Positions 18,993 through 28,908 of a DNA stretch of 64,000 nucleotides are shown here, one piece after another; the stretch's first letter is position 1; each line of letters begins with the position of its first letter. The notes under the pieces were generated by a model. It was not told the origin of the DNA. It worked only from the letters and a program-made list of their open reading frames with translations, and made no database searches. Origin of the DNA: an uncultured Pseudomonadota bacterium (GTDB taxonomy: Bacteria; Pseudomonadota; Gammaproteobacteria; Steroidobacterales; Steroidobacteraceae); the NCBI GenBank assembly GCA_963825385.1, contig CAWGSX010000003.1, positions 1,356,088-1,420,087 on the forward strand. Direction: 5' to 3'. Both the position numbers and the translations under genes were made by a program.

Positions 18993-20483
18993 TCAGGCGC
19001 TGGCATCCAGCAGCGCGACCACCTCGTGCCAGGGCGTCGGCCCTTCGTGCATCGCGTACACGGTCTCGACGGCCAGATGCTCGCGCTCGACCGCCTGACG
19101 CACCTCATGCATCAGCTGCGGGTCGTAGAGGGTGTGGTTGGCATTCAGGACCAGGGTGTCGCTGGCGTACAGCAGATGACGCTCGGGGAAGTAGACCATG
19201 TACTGCCGCTCGGTCGAGGCGCCGCGCAGCGGATACAGCTCCATGCGGTTCGCGCCCCGGCCGATGGCCTGCCGGCCCGTGACTGTCCTGAAATCAGGTC
19301 GCGAAGCGGGGTGTCCGGCGGACTGGCTGGCCAGCAGCCGCTGCAGCAGTGGCAGGTTCAGATCCAGCACATAGAGCGGCACGCGGGTAGTGGCGTCATA
19401 ACCCAGGCCGCCCACGTGGGGCCAGGAGTCCGAGGTCATCAGCACGGCGCGTATCTTCTCCCCCGGATAGCGGCGTGCGGCCTCGGCGAAGATGCCCGCC
19501 GTGAACGTCGCCGACACCGGCGTCTCGAGAATCACCACGCCATCATCCTCACGTATCAGGGTGGTGTTCCAGGAGCCCCGGTAAAGGTCGATGCCCGCGG
19601 CCAGCTCGGTGTCCTTGGCGGCGCTGAAGGGGCGCTCCCAGCCCTTGCTGGCGAGACTTTTCTGCGCGGCCGCGGTGTCCATCGCGAAGTCCGTCTCCGC
19701 GAGCGCGACGTTGAACTTCACATCGAGCGCCTGCGCCGAGCTCCATAGCGCGCCGTTGCGCGCGGTGATCTCGTTCGAGGGGTAGCTCACCCCCTCGATG
19801 TAGCGCCAGTTATCCCAGTAGACCTGTTGCCGTACGGCACCCCAGTGGTACCAGAAGTCGTTGAAGCGCATGGTCGTCTCGAGCACATCGGGCAGGTGGT
19901 TGAAGGGGTTGAGCGCCATGCGCACCAGGCGGCCGTTGAAACGGAATGCAACCACCGTGTGGACGGTGTCGCGCACGAGCTGCGGTGCCTCGTAGTGCAG
20001 GTCCGGCGCGGCGCGCGCGGTGAGCAGTGCACGCAGCGGTCCCAGTGCGAGCGCGCTACGCGTCGCATCCAGGTCCGCCCGCGAGCAGGGCGTGTCGCCC
20101 TGGGCGCTGTGGTAGACCCCGCCGCTCAGGCTGGCGATGAGCGTACTGTCGGACTCCGCCTCACCGAGGTCAGACTCGGGCCAGATCTGATGCGCCTCGG
20201 TGCGCAGGCGCGCGCCCGCCAGATCCAGCGTGCTCTTGTCGCGCTCGTAGGCGGTGATGAAGGGATCCTGGCGGTAGGATTGCTCCATGAGCGCGGTGTG
20301 GGAGATGACGTCGAGCCGTACGTTGCTGATCTGCTCGAGCTTGGCCCGGCCGCCCATTGCCTCGAGGGCACGGTCAACACAGGCAGCGGCTTCAAGCCCG
20401 TTGCAGCCGGGCGTTGGCGGGGTATGCGCTTGCGCGCAGCTGAGGAAGGCGGCGGCGAGCAGGCTCAGGGTGATGCGTGACAT
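18993..20483 (-). CDS. Secreted protein with degenerate MBL-fold-like C-terminal domain
   Basis: Signal peptide MSRITLSLLAAAFLSCAQA. The C-terminal VVILETPVS...AVLMTSDSWPHVGGLGYD sits where MBL enzymes carry HxHxDH, but the metal ligands are replaced. Confidence 0.7.
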   Translation of the reverse strand: MSRITLSLLAAAFLSCAQAHTPPTPGCNGLEAAACVDRALEAMGGRAKLEQISNVRLDVISHTALMEQSYRQDPFITAYERDKSTLDLAGARLRTEAHQIWPESDLGEAESDSTLIASLSGGVYHSAQGDTPCSRADLDATRSALALGPLRALLTARAAPDLHYEAPQLVRDTVHTVVAFRFNGRLVRMALNPFNHLPDVLETTMRFNDFWYHWGAVRQQVYWDNWRYIEGVSYPSNEITARNGALWSSAQALDVKFNVALAETDFAMDTAAAQKSLASKGWERPFSAAKDTELAAGIDLYRGSWNTTLIREDDGVVILETPVSATFTAGIFAEAARRYPGEKIRAVLMTSDSWPHVGGLGYDATTRVPLYVLDLNLPLLQRLLASQSAGHPASRPDFRTVTGRQAIGRGANRMELYPLRGASTERQYMVYFPERHLLYASDTLVLNANHTLYDPQLMHEVRQAVEREHLAVETVYAMHEGPTPWHEVVALLDASA

Positions 20484-20702
20484 GCGCGGGCGCTCCGGGT
20501 GAGGAATCTTCCGCCGGCAAGGCTAGCGGCTTTGCGGTGCGCCTCGTGCGGTTGCCAAGACGAAGCGCTGTGCGGCTGCGGCAGGGCGTGTAAGGACGAC
20601 GCGCAGCGCGGCCGCGCGTGTGCCGTTCGCACTCATATATATAGATGCGCGATGGCAGACGTGTTGGCGTGGGGAGCGAGCCGAGCGCTCTCGCCCCGCG
20701 CG

Positions 20703-20933
20703 TTAGCGGCGTGGCCGCCGTAGCGGCGTCACCACTTGCGGGGGCGCTTCGATGTTCACGGGCGCGTCGCCGTCGCTGCTCCACTGCGCGGGATTCAGGA
20801 ACATGACGGAGCACTTGCTGCATGCATAGAAGGCCGTTTCGTACTTCGAGCCGTTCTTGCGCGGCACACTGATACGGTGATAGCGGTCGTAGTCACAGAT
20901 CCGGCACCGCCATTGACCGCTCGAGGGGACCAT
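20703..20933 (-). CDS. Small zinc-ribbon-like protein
   Basis: Two CxxC pairs (CRIC...CSKC) in a 76-aa ORF with coding-like codon usage. Confidence 0.45.
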   Translation of the reverse strand: MVPSSGQWRCRICDYDRYHRISVPRKNGSKYETAFYACSKCSVMFLNPAQWSSDGDAPVNIEAPPQVVTPLRRPRR

Positions 20934-21168
20934 GGCGCGGATGCTGACGCGCCCCTCTCGGGTCGTCTATCCAGCGCGCCGGCGCAGTCGCAGCTGTATG
21001 CGGATTCGTCGAGCCCAGTACGTGCGAAGTCCTGACTGCGGCGGTTCCCTCCCCGCGGCCGCCGCCTGCGCAGGCTCGCCGGGGTCATGGCGGTGTGAGG
21101 TGCTGCCGACCGCGGAATTCTGCTCCCGCCGATACCGTCAAGCGCCCGCCGACGCCACTGTGCACGCA

Positions 21169-21513
21169 ATGAAGCGCTACACTTTGCATCGCAGCACTGG
21201 CTTCCGGGTGGTGTTCACCACGCCGCGCGCGCAGTTCGCAGAAATGGTCCTCGCCCCGGGCGCTCGCGAGGGCGATGCGCAAAACCGTCACCAGGGCGCC
21301 GACCAGTATCTGCTGGTGATAAGCGGCACCGGACTTGCGCGGGTGAACCGGCGCCGCGTCGGGCTGCGCGCCGGTGTGGTGCTCCTGATCGGGCAGGGCG
21401 ACCGCCACGAAATCCTCAATACCGGGCGCACGGCGCTGCGTACGGTCAACTTCTACACTCCGCCCGCCTACACGCGCACCGGCACCGAGCTGCCGCGCGG
21501 CCGGCGTGCCTGA
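21169..21513 (+). CDS. Cupin domain protein
   Basis: ATG at 21169 (MKRYTLHRS...). ADQYLLVISGTG...GDRHEILNTG is a cupin motif pair. Confidence 0.7.
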   Translation: MKRYTLHRSTGFRVVFTTPRAQFAEMVLAPGAREGDAQNRHQGADQYLLVISGTGLARVNRRRVGLRAGVVLLIGQGDRHEILNTGRTALRTVNFYTPPAYTRTGTELPRGRRA

Positions 21514-21528
21514 CGCGCCGCGGTTTGC

Positions 21529-23085
21529 TCAGGCGCCGGTGGCGTTCGGATCGCGCCAGGCACGTTCGAACGGCAGTCGCCAGGTGTTCGGCGCGATCAG
21601 CTGGTGAATGGCGTTGGGGCCCCACGAGCCGGGCGCGTACGGCCGCACCGGAGGCGGTGATTCCAGCAGCGGCGCGGAGACTTCCCACAGCCGCTCGATG
21701 CCTTCGGCGGTGGTGAACAGCGTGTGGTCACCGCGCATGGCATCGAGGATCAGGCGCTCATAGGCCTCGAGCACGTCACCCACGTAGCCGGTGTCGTGCA
21801 TCGCGAACTGCAGGCTGAGCTTGTCGAGCCGCATGCCAGGTCCTGGCCGCTTGCCATAGAAGGACAGCGACATCTTCGCCGCATCGGCCAGATCAAACGT
21901 CAGATGGTCCGGGCCCTGTGCCCCCACACCCGAGTCGGCGGGGAACATGCTGCGCGGCGGTTCACGGAAGGCGATGGAGATGATGCGCTGGCCTTCGGCG
22001 AGGCGCTTGCCGGTGCGCAGATAGAAGGGCACTCCGGCCCAGCGCCAGTTATCGATCCAGCATCTCAGCGCGATGAATGTCTCGGTGTCCGACTCCGGAT
22101 CAACACCTTCTTCGGCACGGTAGCCCGAGTACTGCCCGCGCACCACGTCGGCGGGCTTGATCTGCAGCATGCTGCGGAAGACCTTGTTCTTTTCCTCGCT
22201 GATCGACGCCGGCTCCAGCGCCGTGGGCGGCTCCATGGCCGTGAAGGCGACGATCTGAAAGAGGTGCGTCACGACCATGTCGCGATAGGCGCCGATCGCC
22301 TCGTAGAAGCCGACCCGCCGCCCCAGGTCCAAAGTCTCCGGCACATCGATTTGAACGTGATCGATGAAATTGCGGTTCCAGATGGGTTCGAACAGTCCAT
22401 TCGCGAAGCGAAAGGCGAGGATGTTCTGTGCGGGCTCTTTGCCGAGAAAATGATCGATGCGGAAGATCTGATCCTCGCTGAACACCTCATGCAGCTGGCT
22501 GTTGAGGTTGACAGCGCTCTGCAGGTCAACGCCGAAGGGTTTCTCCATGATGATGCGCGAGCGCTCGACCAGGCCCGCTTCCCCGAGCAGGTGCACGGCT
22601 GACAAGGCGGCGCTGGGTGGAACGCTCAGGTAGTGCAGCCGACGCACCTCCTGTCCCTCAAAAGAGGCCTCGGCCTTCTGTACCGCCGTCCTGAGGGCAC
22701 CCGCGCCGGCAGACAGCGGCAAGTAGTCGAGGTTTGCCGCGAAGGCCTTCCAGGCTTCCTCGGTGATCTTGCGGGTCGAGAACTGCTGCAGCGCCTCGCG
22801 CACCAGGTCGCGGAAGGCGTCCGCGCTCAGATCCTCAAGAGAGATACCAATGATCCGGTATCCGGGCATAAACCCGGAACTGGCGAGTCGGAACAAGCCC
22901 GGCAGGAGCTTGCGGCGGCACAGGTCACCGGTGGCCCCGAACAGGGTGACCACCTGCGGAAGCTTCGGACCGACCCCGGAGAGCGTCTTCGGCACCTTCA
23001 GATCCTCCTGGATGTCCTGCGTCGCCGACCGGCGCCCGGGACCATGACCGCAGGGAGAGTAACCGAGGCCCAAGGTGAGTTCCAT
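21529..23085 (-). CDS. zwf: Glucose-6-phosphate 1-dehydrogenase
   Basis: GATGDLCRRKLLPGLF dinucleotide motif and RIDHFLGKE active-site motif. The start at ATG 23085 is provisional. Confidence 0.9.
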   Translation of the reverse strand: MELTLGLGYSPCGHGPGRRSATQDIQEDLKVPKTLSGVGPKLPQVVTLFGATGDLCRRKLLPGLFRLASSGFMPGYRIIGISLEDLSADAFRDLVREALQQFSTRKITEEAWKAFAANLDYLPLSAGAGALRTAVQKAEASFEGQEVRRLHYLSVPPSAALSAVHLLGEAGLVERSRIIMEKPFGVDLQSAVNLNSQLHEVFSEDQIFRIDHFLGKEPAQNILAFRFANGLFEPIWNRNFIDHVQIDVPETLDLGRRVGFYEAIGAYRDMVVTHLFQIVAFTAMEPPTALEPASISEEKNKVFRSMLQIKPADVVRGQYSGYRAEEGVDPESDTETFIALRCWIDNWRWAGVPFYLRTGKRLAEGQRIISIAFREPPRSMFPADSGVGAQGPDHLTFDLADAAKMSLSFYGKRPGPGMRLDKLSLQFAMHDTGYVGDVLEAYERLILDAMRGDHTLFTTAEGIERLWEVSAPLLESPPPVRPYAPGSWGPNAIHQLIAPNTWRLPFERAWRDPNATGA

Positions 23086-23244
23086 GGTCAGGGCCGCGGC
23101 AGGGACCGCCCCGGCGTGTGCGTTTTGTGACCTGCTGCCCCATCTCACCCCGGCCGGTCCACAAGATTTCCCGGCCGGTGCCGTTACCGTGGTGGGTTGC
23201 TCCCGCGGCATGTCACAAAGTCTTAACCTGCAGAGGTCCCTGTC

Positions 23245-25756
23245 ATGAGCAGATCAAAGCCTGCGGCGCTCGCGCCCGGGGACGTCGACGAGCTGCTGAG
23301 CGCCACCATGGCGCGGCGCCTGGATCGGCTGGGTCTGGCGGGACAGACAGATCAGTGGACCGAGCGCTATCTGCTGTGCCAGCACCTGGTGGATCCGCTC
23401 GATGCCAAGTCGCGGCAGAAATTCGAAGCCACCAGCCGCTTCATTCGCGACCTGATCGCGCACCGGTGGGTGAAGACGCGGCGCGCCCGCGATCAGGTGG
23501 CACCCAAGCGTATCCATTATCTGTCGATGGAGTTCCTGCTCGGGCGCACGCTGCGCAACAACATGATGAACCTCGCCGCCGAGCCGCTGGTGCGCGATGC
23601 GCTCGCCAAGCAGGGCTGGGATCTTGAGGCGCTGTTCGAGGAGGAGTCAGACGCCGGCCTCGGCAACGGCGGCCTCGGGCGGCTCGCTGCCTGCTTCATC
23701 GACTCGCTGGCGACGCTGCAGTACCCGGCGATCGGGTACGGACTGCGCTACGAGTACGGCATCTTCCGGCAGGTTATTCGCGACGGCGCCCAGGTGGAGC
23801 AGCCCGACAACTGGCTGCGCAGCACCGACCCGTGGGAGATCCCGCGGCCGGGCAAGCTTTACGCCGTACCCCTCAATGCCACCTTCGAGCTGCAGCGCTC
23901 GGCGCTGCGCTTCACACCGCACCGGCAGGCGCACCTGCTGGGCATGGCGTACGACCGGCCGGTGGTCGGCTATGGCGCGAAATGCATCAATACGCTGCGC
24001 CTGTGGGCCGCCGCGGCGCCGCAGTCCTTCGACTTCGCCGAGTTCTCCAGGGGTGACTTCGCCGGTGCGGTGATCCAGAACGTCGCCGCCGAATCCATCA
24101 CCCGCGTGCTCTACCCGGATGACTCGACCGAGGCCGGACGCGCGCTGCGATTTCTGCAGCAGTACTTCATGGTCAGCTGCTCGCTGCAGGACATCGTGGC
24201 CCGCTTCCGCAGCGGCGAGACACCCGACTGGGCGTTGTTGCCCAAGCGCGTGGCGGTGCAGATGAACGATACGCACCCGGCGCTGTGCGTGGCGGAGCTG
24301 ATGCGCATCCTGCTCGATCAGGCGTGCCTGCCCTGGGATGAGGCATGGGAGCTGACCCTGCAGACGCTCGCTTACACCAACCACACCCTGCTGCCGGAGG
24401 CGCTGGAGAAGTGGCCCGTCGATCTGTTTGAGCTGCTGATTCCGCGGCAGCTCGAGATCATCTATGAGATCAACCGGCACTTCCTCGACGACGTGCGCCG
24501 CCGCTATCCGGGTGACGAGGCGCGCGTGCGGCGGGTGAGTCTCATCGAGGAAGAGCCGAGCCGCAAGGTGCGCATGGCGCACCTCGCCGTCGTCGGCTCC
24601 CACAGCACCAACGGCGTTGCGCAGATCCACTCCGAGCTGCTGCGCACGCACGTGCTGCACGACCTCGCCGAGCTGTTTCCGGCACGGTTCAACAACAAGA
24701 CGAACGGCGTCACGCCGCGGCGCTGGCTCATCCAGGCGAATCCGGCCCTCGCCGGCTTGATCACCGCCACCATCGGTGATGCCTGGATGACCGACCTGGA
24801 GCGGCTGCGCGAGCTCGTGCCGCTGTCGCAAGATGCCGGCTTTCCGCGCGCAGTTCCGGCAGGCAAAACGCACCAACAAGCTCGCCTTCGCGCACTGGCT
24901 GCGCCAGGCACACAACGAGATCGTCGATCCGGACTCGATCTTCGACAGCCAGGTGAAGCGCATCCACGAGTACAAGCGGCAGCTGCTCAACGTGCTGCAC
25001 ATCGTCATGCTTTACAACCGCCTGCGGAACAACACGCAGCAGCTGCTGACGCCGCACACGTTCTTCTTCGCCGGCAAGGCCGCTCCGGCCTATCACTTTG
25101 CCAAACTGATCATCAAGCTCATCAATCACGTGGCGGCCACCATCAATGCCGACGCCACCATCCGCGGGCAGCTGCGCATACTGTTCCTTCCCGAATACAA
25201 CGTGAGCCTGGCTGAGCGGCTGATTCCGGCGAGCGATGTGTCGGAGCAGATCTCCACCGCCGGCTATGAGGCGAGCGGCACCGGCAACATGAAGTTCATG
25301 ATGAATGGCGCGCTCACCATCGGCACGCGCGACGGCGCCACCATCGAGATGGCAGGCGAGGCCGGGGAGGAGAATTTCTTCCTCTTTGGCCTGACGGCGC
25401 AGCAGGTGGCAGACAGCAGCAGCTGGTACGACCCGCGGTGGCACTACGCCAACGAGTCTGAGACACGCGAGGCGCTGGACCTGATCGCTTCCGAGCACTT
25501 CAGCCGCGGCGAGCCGGGGGTGTTCGAGCCGATCCGGCGCGCGCTCCTGGATCACGGCGATCACTATCGCCACCTTGCGGACCTCACTGCCTACGGTCGC
25601 GCGCACCAGGACCTCGACCGATGTTATGCGGATGCGGAAGCCTGGTCGAGGAAGGCGGTCCTAAACGTTGCGTGCTCCGGGAAGTTCTCCAGTGACCGCA
25701 CCATCCGGGAATACGCCGAGGGGATTTGGGGCTTGGAGCCATCCCCCGTGGACTGA
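23245..25756 (+). pseudogene. glgP: Glycogen/maltodextrin phosphorylase interrupted by a +1 frameshift at the TTT run 24841-24843
   Basis: Track ORFs 23245..25215 and 24833..25756 are the N- and C-terminal parts of one phosphorylase (EFLLGR, GLGNGGLGRLAAC, KRIHEYKRQ, PLP site EASGTGNMKFMMNGA). Removing one T restores ...LSQDAGFRAQFRQAKRTNK... and an open frame of about 836 aa. Confidence 0.85.
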
Positions 25757-26077
25757 GGGCCGATGCGTCACACGCACCGGTGCGGCTTAGTCGAGCGCGC
25801 GGCGGTACCCCGGCGGCCGATGGTCGCACGCTCGCCCCTTTAAGGCTGCGCACCTCCCCGGCGCCGAGGTCTCGATTGCCGTAGGACAAACACTGATGGA
25901 GGTCATCTTGCCGTCAAATGCGCGCGGCCGGCGATTTAGGTCCCGGGCCGCGGGCGTCCCTGACGGCCGGCGCGTTCCGGGGAAGGATGCCAGGCACCCC
26001 GGAATTGCCTTGCATGCACATAGCGACACGGGTTCAATGCTGCCCCTCAGCCTGCGCTATTAAATGAGGAGCCAGTG

Positions 26078-26326
26078 ATGGAGCCCGATGCCCGTAAAAA
26101 GCTCATGGATGAATTGTTTGCAGAGCGCGAGGTGCTGGAGCGGCGCGTCGCGCAGCGGGAAGCGGAGGCTGCGCGACTGGCCTCTGCCCGGGACGTGGAG
26201 GCCGCCCACCGTATGAATATCGAGATCCAGGATTTGCGCGCCCGTGCCGATGCGATCGGCCGTCGCTGGTCGGAGTTGCAAGACGACGATATCCACGATG
26301 ATGGCCGCGGTGGAATCGAGCGCTGA
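26078..26326 (+). CDS. Small charged coiled-coil hypothetical protein
   Basis: ATG at 26078 lies 6 nt after GAGGAG. The 82-aa product is Glu/Arg-rich and helical. No family recognised. Confidence 0.45.
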   Translation: MEPDARKKLMDELFAEREVLERRVAQREAEAARLASARDVEAAHRMNIEIQDLRARADAIGRRWSELQDDDIHDDGRGGIER

Positions 26327-26781
26327 GAGCCGCGGCATCAGTCGAACGATGGCGGTTCAGGTGTAGCGTCTGGGTTAGCTAGCCGCGGCGGGCGCGGGCG
26401 TGCCTGGTGGTTTCGGGGCCCGGACAGTGCATCTCGTTTGCCTCGACCTCTGATCGGACGCGGATCTTAGCTCGCCAAGAGCGTAGACCGCCGCTATGGC
26501 ACGGTCCGATCTCAATGCGCGTCCGGTCTGAGGTTTGGGGAGCTCAAGCGCGTCGGCCATCCTGCGCGGGCCGGCATCCAAAACGCAATGCTTCTCAGAA
26601 GCGTCGCTATCAAGAAGCATTCCCAACAAGAACGCCGATCCAGGGATACGCGCGTGCCAGCTCCGCCAGCACTAGGTAATCGACGCGCCTGAGTACGCAA
26701 CACTGCTCATTTAGTACCGTTTGACGCACTCCTAGGCTTGCGGCAGGTCACAGCGCCGCTGTGGGTTAGGAGTAAAGAGCC

Positions 26782-28221
26782 ATGACAATCCGCTTCCGGT
26801 TCGACGGTGCGCGGGCGCTTTTGGCGCTCGTACTGGGAATCAGCGCACTGCTGGGTGACGAAAAAGCCGCCTTCGCCGTGCCGAGCTTTGCGCGGCAAAC
26901 CGGTATGGCCTGCGAGGCGTGTCACACGGTGTATCCGGAGTTAACTCACTTTGGGCGCGTCTTCAAGGCCAATGGCTATCTCTTGACCAACGTCAAGGCC
27001 GTCAAGGATGTCTCGGGCAAGCGGGAGGAGCTGCTGTCGCTGTCACAAACGCCTGCCTTGTCGATCATGGCGCAGATCTCCTACTCACAGATGAAGACCA
27101 GTGTGCCGGATCTCTCAGCCGCAGGCGCTCCCGGGGTTGCGCAGAATGGCACAGCGGGCTTCCCGCAGCAGTTGAGCTTCTTCTACGCCGGCAAGATCGC
27201 CCCGCATCTGGGTGCGTTCTTCCAGCTCACCTACGCTAACGACAGCGGCACGATCGGGATCGACAACACCGATCTGCGTTTCGTCAATACCATAGCCATG
27301 GCGGACAGCAGCCCGTTGACCTACGGGCTTTCGCTCAACAACAACCCGACGGTGCAGGACCTGTGGAACTCCACTCCGGCATTCGGCTTCCCGTACGCCG
27401 CCAGTAACGCGGTCGTCTCACCTTTGGCTGCCGCGGCAATCGACGGACCATTCGCGCAGGATGTCGCAGGTCTCACGGCCTATGTGTTCTGGCGCGAGTC
27501 ACTTTACGCCGAGTTCGGTGGCTACCGCTCGGCCAAGCAGGGGGTAACCAACGAGCTCACCGGCGGCGCGGGCCCCCTGGACGGCACCGCGTCGAATGTC
27601 ATCTCGGGTGTTGCCCCTTACTGGCGGTTCGCCTACGAGTACAACTGGGATCGTCAGTCAATCGAGGCGGGTGTGTACGGCATGCAGTTTCGGCTGTACC
27701 CCGGGGGCGCACCGGGCGCGGCGGTGCCACTGCGGGGACCTGTTAACCGCATGAACGATTTCGCCGAGGATATCCAGTACCAATTCGTGAGCGACGAGCA
27801 TCAGCTGACCGTTGCGGCGACGCACATCCACGAGGACATGACCCTGGATGCCAGCTTTGCCACTGGCGGCGCGGCGAATCCGAAAGACTCGCTCAACACC
27901 TCGCGGCTGTGGGCCACCTACTACTACCGCCGCCGCATCGGCGCGACCGTCGCACACTTCAGCACGACCGGAAGCACCGATGCGGACCTGTATCCGCCCA
28001 CGGCGCCCGGCAGTCCCGGAGTTGTGACCAGTGCCAGTGGCTCGCCCGACACACGAGGCTGGGTGGCGGAGGTGAACTATCTGCCCTGGCTCAATGTGAA
28101 GCTGTCCGCCCAATACACCTGGTACAGCAAGTTCAATGGCGGAGGCAGCAACTACGACGGTTTAGGACGCAGCGCATCCGACAACAACGCGCTGTATCTG
28201 CTCCTGTGGCTCGCGTACTGA
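26782..28221 (+). CDS. Cyc2-like fused monoheme cytochrome c / outer-membrane beta-barrel porin
   Basis: Signal peptide ending AFA. A single CEACH heme motif at nt 26911-26925 lies within VPSFARQTGMACEACHTVYPELTHFGRVFKANGY. About 430 aa of alternating beta-strand-like, Gly/aromatic-rich sequence follow, ending in ...YLLLWLAY (terminal aromatic, typical of OM barrels). Confidence 0.7.
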   Translation: MTIRFRFDGARALLALVLGISALLGDEKAAFAVPSFARQTGMACEACHTVYPELTHFGRVFKANGYLLTNVKAVKDVSGKREELLSLSQTPALSIMAQISYSQMKTSVPDLSAAGAPGVAQNGTAGFPQQLSFFYAGKIAPHLGAFFQLTYANDSGTIGIDNTDLRFVNTIAMADSSPLTYGLSLNNNPTVQDLWNSTPAFGFPYAASNAVVSPLAAAAIDGPFAQDVAGLTAYVFWRESLYAEFGGYRSAKQGVTNELTGGAGPLDGTASNVISGVAPYWRFAYEYNWDRQSIEAGVYGMQFRLYPGGAPGAAVPLRGPVNRMNDFAEDIQYQFVSDEHQLTVAATHIHEDMTLDASFATGGAANPKDSLNTSRLWATYYYRRRIGATVAHFSTTGSTDADLYPPTAPGSPGVVTSASGSPDTRGWVAEVNYLPWLNVKLSAQYTWYSKFNGGGSNYDGLGRSASDNNALYLLLWLAY

Positions 28222-28232
28222 GGACCAAAACC

Positions 28233-28892
28233 ATGCGTGTCTGCAATAGCCTTTCAAACACTCTTCGGCCTGCGCGCTCCCAACACCTCATTCTGCTGAC
28301 GGCTCTGCTGAGTTGCCTGTTTGCGCCCCTGGGAGTCGCGCAGGAGCCGACGCCCGCGGCCCGCGCCTATGCCGACAGGCTCGCCGTGACCGTCTGTGGT
28401 ACCTGTCACGGGCCACAGGGCAACAGTACCCAGCCGAAGTTTCCGCGCCTGGCCGGCCAGAACGCGGGATACCTCGCCGCGCAGCTCAAAGCGTTCCGTA
28501 GCCAGGGCAGAGGCGATCCCGACGCCGTCAGCTACATGTGGGGAATGGCCAGTGAGCTCGACGACGACACGATTGCGGCGCTGGCCGCTTACTATGCGGC
28601 GCAGAAGCCTGGTGCCGGCCGGGGCAGCAGTGTGACCTCGCGCGGGCGCGAGATCTACGAGCAGGGCATTCCGAGTCAGGGAGTCCCGGCCTGCGCGGGC
28701 TGCCATGGCGCCGACGCGCATGGCCTGCAGGAGTTCCCGCGTCTCGCGGGGCAGCATTCGCAATACGTGCTGAAGCAGCTGGCATCGTTCCAGAGCAACA
28801 TGCGCAATGTGGCCATTATGCATGGCATCGCGCAGAGCCTGCAGGCGCCGGAGATGGAGGAGGTGGCGGCCTTCCTGGAATCGCGGCCCTAG
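28233..28892 (+). CDS. Diheme cytochrome c4
   Basis: ATG at 28233, 12 nt after the upstream stop. Signal peptide. Two c-type modules, CGTCHG...PRLAGQ...MWGM and CAGCHG...PRLAGQH...IMHG. Confidence 0.85.
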   Translation: MRVCNSLSNTLRPARSQHLILLTALLSCLFAPLGVAQEPTPAARAYADRLAVTVCGTCHGPQGNSTQPKFPRLAGQNAGYLAAQLKAFRSQGRGDPDAVSYMWGMASELDDDTIAALAAYYAAQKPGAGRGSSVTSRGREIYEQGIPSQGVPACAGCHGADAHGLQEFPRLAGQHSQYVLKQLASFQSNMRNVAIMHGIAQSLQAPEMEEVAAFLESRP

Positions 28893-28908
28893 GCGCGCTC
28901 CGCGCCTA
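28890..28908. terminator. Shared hairpin between convergent genes (bidirectional terminator candidate)
   Basis: TAGGCGCG-CTC-CGCGCCTA forms an 8-bp stem. The two arms contain the TAG stop of the c4 gene and the CTA (TAG on the minus strand) stop of the 28906-29481 gene. There is no U tract. Confidence 0.3.

Noticed and set aside
23647-25008. 453-aa minus-strand ORF inside glgP
   Set aside because: Antisense shadow ORF with no motifs.
24850-25215. C-terminal tail of the first glgP ORF
   Set aside because: This is out-of-frame translation after the frameshift (Ala/Arg/Gln/His-rich). The true continuation is in the frame of ORF 24833..25756.
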